From the IMG/VR virus record IMGVR_UViG_3300025127_000013, positions 32,001 through 96,000 of that record: 64,000 nt of DNA; one strand, written 5' to 3'. Source of the stretch: a virus. This document shows positions 32,514 through 42,339 of this stretch, in pieces. The stretch's first letter is position 1, and each line of letters starts with the position of its first letter. The notes beneath the pieces are model-generated. The model was given only the letters and a program-made list of their open reading frames with translations. It did no database searches and was not told the origin of the DNA. The translations under genes were made by a program, and so were the position numbers.

Positions 32514-35365
32514 TGAGCGACCTTATGGAACAAATTCAAATTTACATTGATACCATGTCAACTTATCCAGCAGATGAATATGCGGGCAAGTTTACAAGTC
32601 TTGTGGATGTAAATTTATTTTCAGGTTCTAATGATTTATTTAGAAATTCTGTTGGTGGTTTCTTTTTTAATTCTTTAGATCCCAATGAACAATTACATGT
32701 GCCACCAAATTTTAGAAGATTTTTATATCTTGATAATATTAATCCTGAAATATATTCTATAAATTCCTACAAGGGGAGTCAAATAAATAGAAATATTAAT
32801 TTTGTTCAGTCTGGAATAGATTCTGATCCTGATCCTACACTGGGTGCTATACAAAGAACAGGAGTGACAAGTCAAAACACACTATTGCCTTCAGTAAAAT
32901 TTGTTTGTCAGATTCAAGGAGATCCTAGGGCTCAGTTGTTACAAGATCCTGTTACTGGTAATAAATACTGGGAAAAATTGTTTACGGGTGGCAACTTTAA
33001 CAATCAGAATATAGAACCAATATACTCTACTGAATCATTTGATGCACATTACACTTTAATTAATCTACCATACGATAAAATTAATTTGAAGCTTCTAAAA
33101 AGTGGGCCATCAATCAGAAAATTTACCGAAATCTCTTATGATTACAATACATACAATCCAATGTACCAAAACTTTGTTAGTTCACTTAGTTCAGAAAAAC
33201 AAAACTTGAATTGGTATCTGCTTAACATGTACTCACTTAACTTTTCAACAGATAACATTAGTAAATCACATTATAATTTTTCACTCGTCGAGCAGCCAAT
33301 AAAAGCATTTGACACAAATCCAAAAGACTATCTTAACACCGTTAGAACCAATATCTTAAATTCAAGTGTGCAGGTTTCTTCTGAATTTGAAGCAAGACAA
33401 ACAAATTTGCTTTTCAACAACAATTCAGTTCGTAACCTACTGGTGCCGAACTCAGATGCCAACACACTTTCAAGCTTACTGCCATATTACACAAAAATTT
33501 CAGTTGACACAGAAGAAAGTGCTGTGTACTCGGAGATAATTAAATCTGAAAACTATTCCACCAATTTGTTGAAAACATTAAAAGAAGTTTTCTTGCAACA
33601 AACTCAAGCTGCACCAAAATTAGAAGAAATAAATTTTACTGTTAATCAAAGAGCAATGGTATCTTCGATAAGTGATAATATTGATAAATCCGTAACTACA
33701 TCCGATACACAAACATTTAAGGGATTAGATTTTGTAGAAATGTTATTGTATTCTCATAATCAAATTAAAAATGAACAAAATGATTTCACTGTTATCGATG
33801 AGGAAAATTCTGAATCCAAAGCGGCATATGATAACAAAGGAACTTATCGAGCATATAATACAAAAAACACTCTGTCAGTTTTAAATAGAACAATAGCTAC
33901 ACTTAATGGGCAAGATGCTGCCTTTTATATGAGTGACTTAAATTCAATTATGAATGTGCAAAACAAAACAACTGATTTTGATATTAGTAATTTAAGCTCT
34001 ATTTTTCCAGAGCCAAAATACAATGAAGTACTGGCTTACAGAGTTGAAAAAATAGCCGGCCTCACAACAGGTGACTCTAATACACAAAATGTAATACAAA
34101 ATTTTTGGATTTTCAACTCAGATGAATTAACCACACTTAATCTCAAGGATACTCAAACTAAGTATGGAGTTCAGTATACATATAAAATATATGCATATTA
34201 TATTATCAAGGGTTACAAATATCAATTTTCAGATTTGCAGTTAACAAAAGTTATTGGTGTTGCTAGAGAGGACGATTCCATAAGTTCCGATACTGATGCA
34301 GCTACGGGAATTGATAAAAGAGGTGTTAGTTCTGATAATCCAATTAAAGGATATTGTGTTGAATATTTTGATCCGACGACACAACAATCGGTAAGAGATC
34401 TTTTAGATCGTGCTGTGGGAGATATCGCCGATACAGGAACCGTTTCTTCAATTGCAAAAGAAGATCAAGTCAGAATAAGAAATTCGTCTGTAAGTTCGTT
34501 ATCTGGTGATCCTTTGCCGCCTTACTTTGCAAACTTTGTAACCACAGTTCAGCCATCTTTGAAACTTGTAGAGGTGCCAATACAAACAAAATCAATGGCG
34601 GTGCTCGACCATCTTCCTAATAGGGTTAATGTTGAGCCATCTTTTGAAATTAAAAATACCAATAAACTTTTGTTTAATTTAACTTATCAAGAATTTAGTC
34701 CCGACTTATACACAGAAATAACAAGCAATAATGAATTATTCTTTAAGGATACATACCTAAAATCAAATGATCTCACAGAAATTTCCAAATTGCAAAAAGA
34801 ATCTGTATCACCTGCTAGATTTATTGATGTTTACAGAATAAGTGATAAGCCTAAATCTTTTAGTGATTTTGAAGGTAATTTAATTACTACCATTGACAAG
34901 AAAATAAAAAACCATAACAATGCATATAAATTTTGCAGATATAGTGATATAGTAAAGTCAAATCAGAAATATTATTATTTGTTCAAAACAAGAAATGAAC
35001 TTGGTGTTGAAGGTCATGTAAGTCAAATTATTGAAGCGGAATTGATAAATGACGGCGGATATAAATATGCTACATTTGATGTTGTTAATAAAAGTGAAAT
35101 GCTTGTTGACAAATTTAAAAACATTTCTGAATCTGTAAGTAGAATCTTGCAAGTTAGTCCTAAAATTTCTCAAATTAGCTTTGATGATTCAGAAGTTGAC
35201 TATTCTAAGACTGCAGCATCGCAGATTGATAAAATCAAAATTGGTGTAGCAGATGATTTAATATGGAATAAGACTTTTAAATTGAGACTAACATCAAAGA
35301 AAACAGGCAAAAAAATAGATTTAAACATTACTTATAGTGAACCAAATGCAAATTTGGACGAATAA
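32513..35365 (+). CDS. large hypothetical virion protein (950 aa)
   Basis: Long ORF with FN3-like segments (LKDTQTKYGVQYTYKIYAY; DIVKSNQKYYYLFKTRN). Confidence 0.65.
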   Translation: MSDLMEQIQIYIDTMSTYPADEYAGKFTSLVDVNLFSGSNDLFRNSVGGFFFNSLDPNEQLHVPPNFRRFLYLDNINPEIYSINSYKGSQINRNINFVQSGIDSDPDPTLGAIQRTGVTSQNTLLPSVKFVCQIQGDPRAQLLQDPVTGNKYWEKLFTGGNFNNQNIEPIYSTESFDAHYTLINLPYDKINLKLLKSGPSIRKFTEISYDYNTYNPMYQNFVSSLSSEKQNLNWYLLNMYSLNFSTDNISKSHYNFSLVEQPIKAFDTNPKDYLNTVRTNILNSSVQVSSEFEARQTNLLFNNNSVRNLLVPNSDANTLSSLLPYYTKISVDTEESAVYSEIIKSENYSTNLLKTLKEVFLQQTQAAPKLEEINFTVNQRAMVSSISDNIDKSVTTSDTQTFKGLDFVEMLLYSHNQIKNEQNDFTVIDEENSESKAAYDNKGTYRAYNTKNTLSVLNRTIATLNGQDAAFYMSDLNSIMNVQNKTTDFDISNLSSIFPEPKYNEVLAYRVEKIAGLTTGDSNTQNVIQNFWIFNSDELTTLNLKDTQTKYGVQYTYKIYAYYIIKGYKYQFSDLQLTKVIGVAREDDSISSDTDAATGIDKRGVSSDNPIKGYCVEYFDPTTQQSVRDLLDRAVGDIADTGTVSSIAKEDQVRIRNSSVSSLSGDPLPPYFANFVTTVQPSLKLVEVPIQTKSMAVLDHLPNRVNVEPSFEIKNTNKLLFNLTYQEFSPDLYTEITSNNELFFKDTYLKSNDLTEISKLQKESVSPARFIDVYRISDKPKSFSDFEGNLITTIDKKIKNHNNAYKFCRYSDIVKSNQKYYYLFKTRNELGVEGHVSQIIEAELINDGGYKYATFDVVNKSEMLVDKFKNISESVSRILQVSPKISQISFDDSEVDYSKTAASQIDKIKIGVADDLIWNKTFKLRLTSKKTGKKIDLNITYSEPNANLDE

Positions 35366-35376
35366 CTAAAAACTAG

Positions 35377-35387
35377 TACTATTTATA
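35377..35387 (+). promoter_or_regulatory. putative late promoter motif TACTATTTATA
   Basis: Intergenic, just before the SD and ATG 35403; near-identical copies precede other structural genes. Confidence 0.6.
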
Positions 35388-35402
35388 AGAAGAGGTAATA
35401 AT

Positions 35403-36407
35403 ATGGCATTTTTGGATAATTCAGGAGACATCATACTTGATGCAGTTCTCACCGATGTTGGTCGTAAAAGAATGGCACAAGGAGATTTTAGAATCTCTAA
35501 GTTTTCAGTTGGCGATGATGAAATAGATTACCAACTTTACAACAAAAACCATCCTTCTGGTTCTGCATATTATGATTTAGAAATCCTTCAAACACCAGTA
35601 CTGGAAGCATTTACACAGGTTAATGCAAATATCAATTATGGGTTAACTACCTACTCAAATCAAAATTTGCTTTATTTGCCGTCTATTGTTCTTAATGATA
35701 AAACAACAGTTGGGACCATCGCGGTTAAATCAAATGGTGTGATTTATCTTTGCGATAACGGAACAACTGACCCTACCACTGGTCAGGGAACATCTGACAG
35801 ATTATCAAATGACAGTAACATCACCAATGTGCTGATTGGTTCTTCAGACGGCAACAATGTTATTTTAATTGAGACAGGAATTAGTACAACTGACCTTACA
35901 CCTTCATCGACTAATCAATCGCAATTTATAGTTACCAACGGATTACTAGATAACAGTTTTATGGTTAGTTTTGATTCAAGATTTATATCAGCGGTACAGT
36001 CGATCAGTTTAGGTTCTACATTAACTAATGCATCGGCTGTTGGTGATGGAAAACTTACTTTTACTGGGTTTGATACCTTAACCGGTGATTCAATTGATAA
36101 TATTGTTGAGAATTATAGAAGAGCATCAGCAAACGGTTTTATAAATCAAATTTACGAAAATGTTGTCGGTTCTGTTGATAAAAGTCTTAATTCTTCAGCT
36201 ATAACCGGCCCACGAGCAAGTTTCTGTGGTTTATCCTTTTTGATTCAGGACATATCACAACAGGATTATATTGACTTTGGTAAAACTAATCAAACCCAAG
36301 GCCCCGGCACGGAAACATACGACTTTATTGATACGACAGTTTATGTTCGCGGTGCATCAACAAATGTCACATTACAGCTTCCAATTAGAATTATTAAACT
36401 GTCATAA
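35403..36407 (+). CDS. virion structural protein
   Basis: MAFLDNSGDIILDAVLTDVGR N-terminus; GAGG SD; lies in the tail block. Confidence 0.7.
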   Translation: MAFLDNSGDIILDAVLTDVGRKRMAQGDFRISKFSVGDDEIDYQLYNKNHPSGSAYYDLEILQTPVLEAFTQVNANINYGLTTYSNQNLLYLPSIVLNDKTTVGTIAVKSNGVIYLCDNGTTDPTTGQGTSDRLSNDSNITNVLIGSSDGNNVILIETGISTTDLTPSSTNQSQFIVTNGLLDNSFMVSFDSRFISAVQSISLGSTLTNASAVGDGKLTFTGFDTLTGDSIDNIVENYRRASANGFINQIYENVVGSVDKSLNSSAITGPRASFCGLSFLIQDISQQDYIDFGKTNQTQGPGTETYDFIDTTVYVRGASTNVTLQLPIRIIKLS

Positions 36408-36425
36408 ATATAACGGAGATTTTAA

Positions 36426-37559
36426 ATGCCAGCAAATTACGAACCACTTGATGTCAATACCGACTCAACAACCACAAAGACTATCTTACATGAAGTAATT
36501 CCATTAACCGGAACTATTGTAAGTGGTACATACGACAGTCCAGATGGCACATCTTTTAACATTAAGAATTATACTCATGGTATGTTTCAATCAGTCTATG
36601 ATTATCCATTCCTTAGTTCTTCTGCAAACCACATATTTGACTTAACAGTTTGTATACATTCTGGTTCTTCTTTAAGCTCGTCCACTCCCGGCACCCAACA
36701 AGCCAAGAAAATTAATACATATACACAGTTTGCTCAAGTTCTTCTCGGCTTTGAAGACACTGGATTAAACACAGTTGAAGTCTTTGAACCTGATCTGAAC
36801 ATCACTGACAACAACAACCAAATGAAAGAAGTATTTGTTATTCCTTTCTCGCGACTTGTAACAAAAGATCAGATTAAGAAAGGTTCTTTTTCTATCACTC
36901 TTGGAACTGGCTCGCATGCCTTCCCATTTGATAGCGGGGCCCCCGGAGATTCAAGACTGAAAATTCAAGATCTCTCAGCTAGTGAGCAAGGCGGAACATC
37001 ACCACATGTCGGCGGAGACTATGGTGTATTATATGTCTCCTCTGGTAGTCAACCATTTGCAACTAATCTTGTACCTGCGGGCCACGGCCCGGCCAATGCC
37101 GAAGATGATCACTTGGCGGTTGGAGCAGTATTCTATCAAGCCGGTATCGCTGTTATAACTGGTTCTGTTTTTGATCAAGTAAGTGGATCTTTTATAACAA
37201 CTGGTGGCGATACTGCAACATTCTCTGATGCCATAACAGGATCAGCTATTAGTGCCTCTTGTGATGCTATCAGACACAGAATCGGCGATATATCGTTTAA
37301 CAACTCCACAGAAATCAACTCTACAATTTACTTCTGCAGATTACCTGTTAATAAGTTTAACTATAGCACAAACCCAACATATACAAGCGGCAGTAAAATA
37401 CAAGTAAAAAGAACTGCAAGTGATTTACCAATCGCTTATGTGTCTACGATTGGATTGTATAATACCAGAAATGAATTGTTGGCCGTCGCAAAACTTTCCG
37501 AACCTCTTAAGAAGACACCACAGAATGAGTTGACAATTAGAGTTCGATTGGACTACTAA
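36426..37559 (+). CDS. virion structural protein (tail/baseplate)
   Basis: C-terminal YVSTIGLYNTRNELLAVAKLSEPLKK...VRLDY; paralogous to the next gene. Confidence 0.7.
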   Translation: MPANYEPLDVNTDSTTTKTILHEVIPLTGTIVSGTYDSPDGTSFNIKNYTHGMFQSVYDYPFLSSSANHIFDLTVCIHSGSSLSSSTPGTQQAKKINTYTQFAQVLLGFEDTGLNTVEVFEPDLNITDNNNQMKEVFVIPFSRLVTKDQIKKGSFSITLGTGSHAFPFDSGAPGDSRLKIQDLSASEQGGTSPHVGGDYGVLYVSSGSQPFATNLVPAGHGPANAEDDHLAVGAVFYQAGIAVITGSVFDQVSGSFITTGGDTATFSDAITGSAISASCDAIRHRIGDISFNNSTEINSTIYFCRLPVNKFNYSTNPTYTSGSKIQVKRTASDLPIAYVSTIGLYNTRNELLAVAKLSEPLKKTPQNELTIRVRLDY

Positions 37560-37560
37560 T

Positions 37561-38829
37561 ATGTCTTACCGTAAGTTCGGTAAAAACGATATTCTCCTCA
37601 ATACAATGAGGACATATCCTGTTGTTGACTTTTTTGTTTACAATGGCAACATTTATTTCAACAACAATAGACACGAATCTGGTTCGTTTTCTGATAATAT
37701 ATTGGGAATTAGTAGCAGTTTCAGCGGTGGTGTTAGCTTATATGAATATAACATCGATCGGCTGACGGGTTCAAACAACTTTAGTTATCCTTACATTACA
37801 AAACAATCTGCTGGTGCCTCATTTAAAACCGTAAGTTCAACAAGGGCATCCACTGAGTTTCAATATGGCGATAGAATAAATGGGTCTTATCCAATGACTG
37901 CTTCGATATCTAGAGAGTTGATGTCTCCACAAGCTGGCATGAGAGAGTCGCTGATCAATAATGAAACTGGAGGCTCTACTCCAAATGCCGGCCGTCCAAA
38001 ATATCGACACTTTTATGCACTTAAAAATATTTTAAATGCAAATGCACAATTAAGTGAACATTATAGTGTAACTTCTGATTTAGGATCCGGCTGGAACAAA
38101 GCTGAGCAAATAATCAACACACTTTATATCCCGTCTATATTTTACGGCAGCAGAGTTAATCCGGGCTCTGTAAGCCTAAAGTGGTATGTTAGTGGTACTC
38201 TCGCCGCAGAACTAAGAGATACAAAAGAAAACGGAGAGTTAATAGAAGTCAGCAGCTCGAACTCAACTGGTAACGGTTTAGTAGCTGGGGTGGTTCTTTA
38301 TGATCAAGGCATTATCATGCTCACAGGCTCTTGGGATGTAGACCCAGCATCATCACTTCCATTAATTGATGGAACACCAGCAGGGGGTAATGTAAGCCCG
38401 AAATGGATATACTTTGGTATTGGTGGGAATGATGGAACTAATCCTGATACATTTACTCAACATTTTGGTTCTGCATCTTTTGGAATCAAATTTGAAGGTC
38501 ACACGGAAACACAAGTGTGTACAATGTTTGCTAAAGCCGGCCGCGGCCAAGTAAATTACTCTAATAATCCGTCATTTATTGAGAGAGGCCAAAGTTATCT
38601 TTTGAGATCTTCTTCAAGTGTTTATGAAGAAAACCCAAACAGAAAAATTAAAAATATCAATTCATCTAGTTTTGCAACACACAACGAATCGTTTGAAAGA
38701 CAAGTATATATTTCAAGAGTTGCAATATACGACGAAAACAAGAACTTAATGGGTGTTGCCACTTTATCAAACCCGGTCTTGAAAAAAGAAGACGAAGATT
38801 TTACATTTAAATTAAAACTGGATATATAG
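37561..38829 (+). CDS. virion structural protein (paralog of 36426..37559)
   Basis: C-terminal YISRVAIYDENKNLMGVATLSNPVLKK...KLDI; both genes share G-x-V-x-Y-xx-GI and FNYSxNP-like motifs. Confidence 0.7.
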   Translation: MSYRKFGKNDILLNTMRTYPVVDFFVYNGNIYFNNNRHESGSFSDNILGISSSFSGGVSLYEYNIDRLTGSNNFSYPYITKQSAGASFKTVSSTRASTEFQYGDRINGSYPMTASISRELMSPQAGMRESLINNETGGSTPNAGRPKYRHFYALKNILNANAQLSEHYSVTSDLGSGWNKAEQIINTLYIPSIFYGSRVNPGSVSLKWYVSGTLAAELRDTKENGELIEVSSSNSTGNGLVAGVVLYDQGIIMLTGSWDVDPASSLPLIDGTPAGGNVSPKWIYFGIGGNDGTNPDTFTQHFGSASFGIKFEGHTETQVCTMFAKAGRGQVNYSNNPSFIERGQSYLLRSSSSVYEENPNRKIKNINSSSFATHNESFERQVYISRVAIYDENKNLMGVATLSNPVLKKEDEDFTFKLKLDI

Positions 38830-38841
38830 TAAAATATTGCT

Positions 38842-39408
38842 ATGATTTTAGGTGTAGATGTATCAACTAGCATTACAGGATTTGCGGTAGTCGCAGATGA
38901 ACAACTGGTTTATTACGATTCAATTGATTTAAGAAAATACAAAAATGTTTTTGATAAAACAATAGTCATTAAAGAAAAGATACTAGACTTGTATGAAATG
39001 TATCAGCTTAATAATGATGACAGTTCTTCGGCAGGGTTTGGAGATTCCGAGTTTCCCATTGAACATATTTATGTTGAGCAGCCATTTACATTTTTTAATT
39101 CTGGTGGTTCTTCCGGCAAGACTATGGCAGCTTTACAGAAATTCAATGGTATTGTATCTTGGTTACTGTTTGAAATATTCGAGATAAGACCGGAATACAT
39201 TGGTGCTACCTCTGCAAGAAAACAAGTGGGCATTAAAGTGCCCCGCGGAAAGAAAGCCAAACAAGTAGTTTTGGAACACTTGCTTGAAACAGAGCCAGCA
39301 TTTAACATCGAATATACAAAACATGGTAATCCAAGACCAGAGTCGTATGATCGTGCCGATGCAATTGTGATTGCAAAGGCGGGCTATAATTTAAAAAATG
39401 CTTCCTAG
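38842..39408 (+). CDS. RuvC-like Holliday junction resolvase
   Basis: MILGVDVSTSITGFAV, IYVEQP and DRADAIVIA give the RuvC catalytic D/E/D/D pattern. Confidence 0.85.
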   Translation: MILGVDVSTSITGFAVVADEQLVYYDSIDLRKYKNVFDKTIVIKEKILDLYEMYQLNNDDSSSAGFGDSEFPIEHIYVEQPFTFFNSGGSSGKTMAALQKFNGIVSWLLFEIFEIRPEYIGATSARKQVGIKVPRGKKAKQVVLEHLLETEPAFNIEYTKHGNPRPESYDRADAIVIAKAGYNLKNAS

Positions 39409-39415
39409 TTAATAT

Positions 39416-39664
39416 GTGGATAAGCCAGAACAACTTTCAAAATTTAAGATTGCTGATATTGTTATAGAAAGCGAACTTATAGTGCCCTCCGATAGACCAC
39501 ATTGGACAGGTTTGGTTTTAAGTATCGAAGAAGATGCTTGGACATTTAGCACATTATATAATTTGGAGACCCAAGATAGAGTTGTTGTTTTGTGGCTTAA
39601 TACTGGTGTAATAGAAGAGCTGCCATCATCAGTTCTTTTGCTAGAATACAGAAGTGAAGAATAA
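39416..39664 (+). CDS. small hypothetical protein (SH3/KOW-like)
   Basis: FKIADIV...GLVLSI...VVVLW pattern; GTG start. Confidence 0.5.
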   Translation: MDKPEQLSKFKIADIVIESELIVPSDRPHWTGLVLSIEEDAWTFSTLYNLETQDRVVVLWLNTGVIEELPSSVLLLEYRSEE

Positions 39665-39670
39665 AAGTAG

Positions 39671-39699
39671 TTGACTTCTTAAGCACTACCTGTTACATT
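39671..39699 (+). promoter_or_regulatory. sigma70-type promoter for uvsE
   Basis: TTGACT-17 bp-TACATT with an extended -10 TG, followed by a GGAGG SD and ATG at 39716. Confidence 0.75.
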
Positions 39700-39715
39700 A
39701 TGTTTGGAGGTTATT

Positions 39716-40648
39716 ATGAATCACTTGGGTTATGCCTGCATTAATATGGGCTTTTCATCGCTGCCAAAGAAACAACGGATTACGACAAACCGCAGCATGA
39801 TTAGAAGAACATTCGACGATCGCGGTATTGATTATGCATCTGAATTAGCATTACAAAATCTTCGTGACCTGTACACAATTCTAGAGTGGAATTTACAGCA
39901 CGATATTTACTTTTACCGACTGTCATCAGACATTATACCGTGGGCTTCAGAGTATAGTTTGGAAAGCATGCCTAATTTCGGTGCAATTCATGCTGCAGCA
40001 TTGAAAGCTGGTAACTTTGCTCGCAAACACGGCATGCGACTTACAGCACACCCCGGCCCATTTAACAAGCTTGCATCACCAAAGGAGCGAGTATTTGAGC
40101 TTACAAAAACTGATTTATCTATCCATGGTGAGTTATTTGATCTAATTGGTCTTCCTCGTACTCCGTATGCAAAACTCAACATTCATGTGGGTGCTGCTTA
40201 CGGTGATAAGCCATTCGCACTCGATAACTTTTGTAGAAACTTTGAACGGTTGCCTGAGTGTGTTCGCTCTCGCTTGACTGTTGAGAATGATGACAAGGAA
40301 TCTTTGTATTCAACTCAGGAACTTTATGAAGGAGTTTACAAGCGAATTGGCATTCCGATTGTATTTGACTATCATCATCATATGCTTCACACCGGTGGGC
40401 AAACTGAGCAGGAAGCTCTAGAGCTTGCATTGTCTACTTGGGGTGACATCAAGCCTGTTGTTCATTATTCAGAGTCCCGTTGCCTTGAACACAACAATCC
40501 TAAGATTAAGCCACAAGCACACTCTGACTTAGTGTATAATACCTTGAACAACTATGGTCATGAGTTTGATATCATGATTGAAGCTAAACATAAAGAGTTG
40601 GCACTGTTCCGATATCGGGAGAACGAAAAGTGTCTGATCGCAAAGTGA
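39716..40648 (+). CDS. uvsE: UV damage endonuclease UvsE
   Basis: LGYACIN, FYRLSSD, RLTAHPGPF, LNIHVG, LTVENDDK, IVFDYHHH, HYSES, AHSD and MIEAKHKE are all UvdE/UvsE motifs. Confidence 0.95.
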   Translation: MNHLGYACINMGFSSLPKKQRITTNRSMIRRTFDDRGIDYASELALQNLRDLYTILEWNLQHDIYFYRLSSDIIPWASEYSLESMPNFGAIHAAALKAGNFARKHGMRLTAHPGPFNKLASPKERVFELTKTDLSIHGELFDLIGLPRTPYAKLNIHVGAAYGDKPFALDNFCRNFERLPECVRSRLTVENDDKESLYSTQELYEGVYKRIGIPIVFDYHHHMLHTGGQTEQEALELALSTWGDIKPVVHYSESRCLEHNNPKIKPQAHSDLVYNTLNNYGHEFDIMIEAKHKELALFRYRENEKCLIAK

Positions 40649-40857
40649 AAGTTGGAGACTTAATTAGAAGAACTATTTATAGTCCTATTCCTCCTCCAAA
40701 GCAAATTAATTTTAAATTTACTGAGGTAGAAGACTGTGGTATAGTAATAAGGGTAGAACCAAATAGTGATACAATTCATGCCTTGTTTTTCAAACAAAGT
40801 AACTTGGGCCCGATCCCGATAAGAGAAGGTTTTTATACTATTATAGGTGACGAATGA
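40630..40857 (+). CDS. small hypothetical protein (KOW/SH3-like)
   Basis: KVKVGDLI...GIVIRV pattern; coupled to the primase gene. Confidence 0.5.
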   Translation: MSDRKVKVGDLIRRTIYSPIPPPKQINFKFTEVEDCGIVIRVEPNSDTIHALFFKQSNLGPIPIREGFYTIIGDE

Positions 40858-41792
40858 AAAATGCAGAAGCTAAGAAAATATTACAAGGAGTACTTGGAAG
40901 ATGCTCTGACAAAGGTAGTGAACTACTTTTCAGTTGTCCGGTCTGCAATCATCACAAAAATAAGTTTTCTGTCAATATTAATAAGAATGTTTATAAGTGT
41001 TGGATTTGTGATTATAGGGGCCGTAATATTAGGCGTATTGTGCGTCGGTTTGGCAACCACAACCAACTTGCTTCGTGGGACCAACTATTCGGGCGGCAAG
41101 ATTTGGAAAGATTCGCTGATCTCTTTATGGAATCAAAGCCTGAAGAAGTCGTACAAAAATTAGAATTGCCAGACGAGTTTATAAGCTTAGCTACCGATAA
41201 CTTGCCAGCCACATCTATTTATGCTTTTAATTATCTTTTAAAAAGAGGTGTAACTAAAGCTGACATACTAAAATGGAAAATAGGATATTGTTTTAGTGGT
41301 GAATACCGAAATAGAATAATTGTGCCATCGTTTGATGAAGATGGCGATGTAAGCTACTTTATTGCTAGATCTTATAGTGGCGATTCTTACAAGTATAAAA
41401 ATCCAAGAGCCTCAAAAAATATTACTTTTAATGAACTATATATCGACTGGAATAAAGACCTAGTATTGGTCGAAGGAGTATTTGATGCACTGGTCGCCGG
41501 AAATGCTGTTCCTATATTGGGTTCAACCCTACGGTCAGGGTCCGACTTATTACGAAAGATTGTACGAAACGACACCCCAATCTACATCGCACTCGATCCC
41601 GATGCAGCCAAAAAAGAAAGAAGGATTATTAAAATGCTTCTTGAGTACGACATTGAACTTTACAAAGTAGATGTATCTGGATATGAAGATGTTGGTTCAA
41701 TGCCAAAATCTATTTTTGACGAAAGAAAAAGACAAGCCAAGTTTATAGATACAGAAAACTATCTGTTGCTTGACATGTTATCGGCAGTATAA
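40854..41792 (+). CDS. DNA primase (zinc finger + TOPRIM)
   Basis: CPVCNH...CWIC zinc finger, RIIVPSFD, LVEGVFDAL and IALDPDA TOPRIM motifs. Confidence 0.9.
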   Translation: MKNAEAKKILQGVLGRCSDKGSELLFSCPVCNHHKNKFSVNINKNVYKCWICDYRGRNIRRIVRRFGNHNQLASWDQLFGRQDLERFADLFMESKPEEVVQKLELPDEFISLATDNLPATSIYAFNYLLKRGVTKADILKWKIGYCFSGEYRNRIIVPSFDEDGDVSYFIARSYSGDSYKYKNPRASKNITFNELYIDWNKDLVLVEGVFDALVAGNAVPILGSTLRSGSDLLRKIVRNDTPIYIALDPDAAKKERRIIKMLLEYDIELYKVDVSGYEDVGSMPKSIFDERKRQAKFIDTENYLLLDMLSAV

Positions 41793-41800
41793 GGAGTATT

Positions 41801-42292
41801 ATGAGTCAAGAAGCAAAAGACTATATTAACAATGTATTATCTGAAAAACGACAAGAGTTTAATAATAAAGCTGTTTGCCCGTTTGCAAAGCCAGAACTTG
41901 ATGCAAATAAATTGATGATAGCCACCGTTAGTAAAGAAAAAAATTTAGATGTGCTAATTGATGAGTTTCACAACTCTGATTACGAAAGTGCTTTGTTAAT
42001 AATTAAAGATAATGTGCCAGCTTCACAAACTAAAAAGTTTCAAATATTTGTTAACAAAGTTTTAAAGAAAAAAGGGCTAAAACAATATAAGAACATATGC
42101 TTTAATCCAAACGACAAAGTTTCTGTTGAAGGATACAATCCTCGTTCACGAGCACCCTTTTTCATGATAAACATTGCAGACAAGAAAGTTTTATCCAAGG
42201 GACACAGAACACTTAGAAGAACCAACTACTACGAGAAGCTGCCGCCAGAATACCTAAAATTCTTGCAAGTAGACCTTAACGACAAAACTTAG
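41801..42292 (+). CDS. hypothetical protein (CPFA-motif family)
   Basis: AGGAG SD; VCPFAK motif. Confidence 0.65.
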   Translation: MSQEAKDYINNVLSEKRQEFNNKAVCPFAKPELDANKLMIATVSKEKNLDVLIDEFHNSDYESALLIIKDNVPASQTKKFQIFVNKVLKKKGLKQYKNICFNPNDKVSVEGYNPRSRAPFFMINIADKKVLSKGHRTLRRTNYYEKLPPEYLKFLQVDLNDKT

Positions 42293-42339
42293 TAAGCTAT
42301 TTTAAATAATTTTTTACTATTTATTGCGAGGTATTTATT

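Noticed and set aside
40671-40680. AACTATTTAT copy of the late motif
   Set aside because: It lies inside a small ORF ~175 bp from the next start, so it may be a chance match and was not counted as a promoter.
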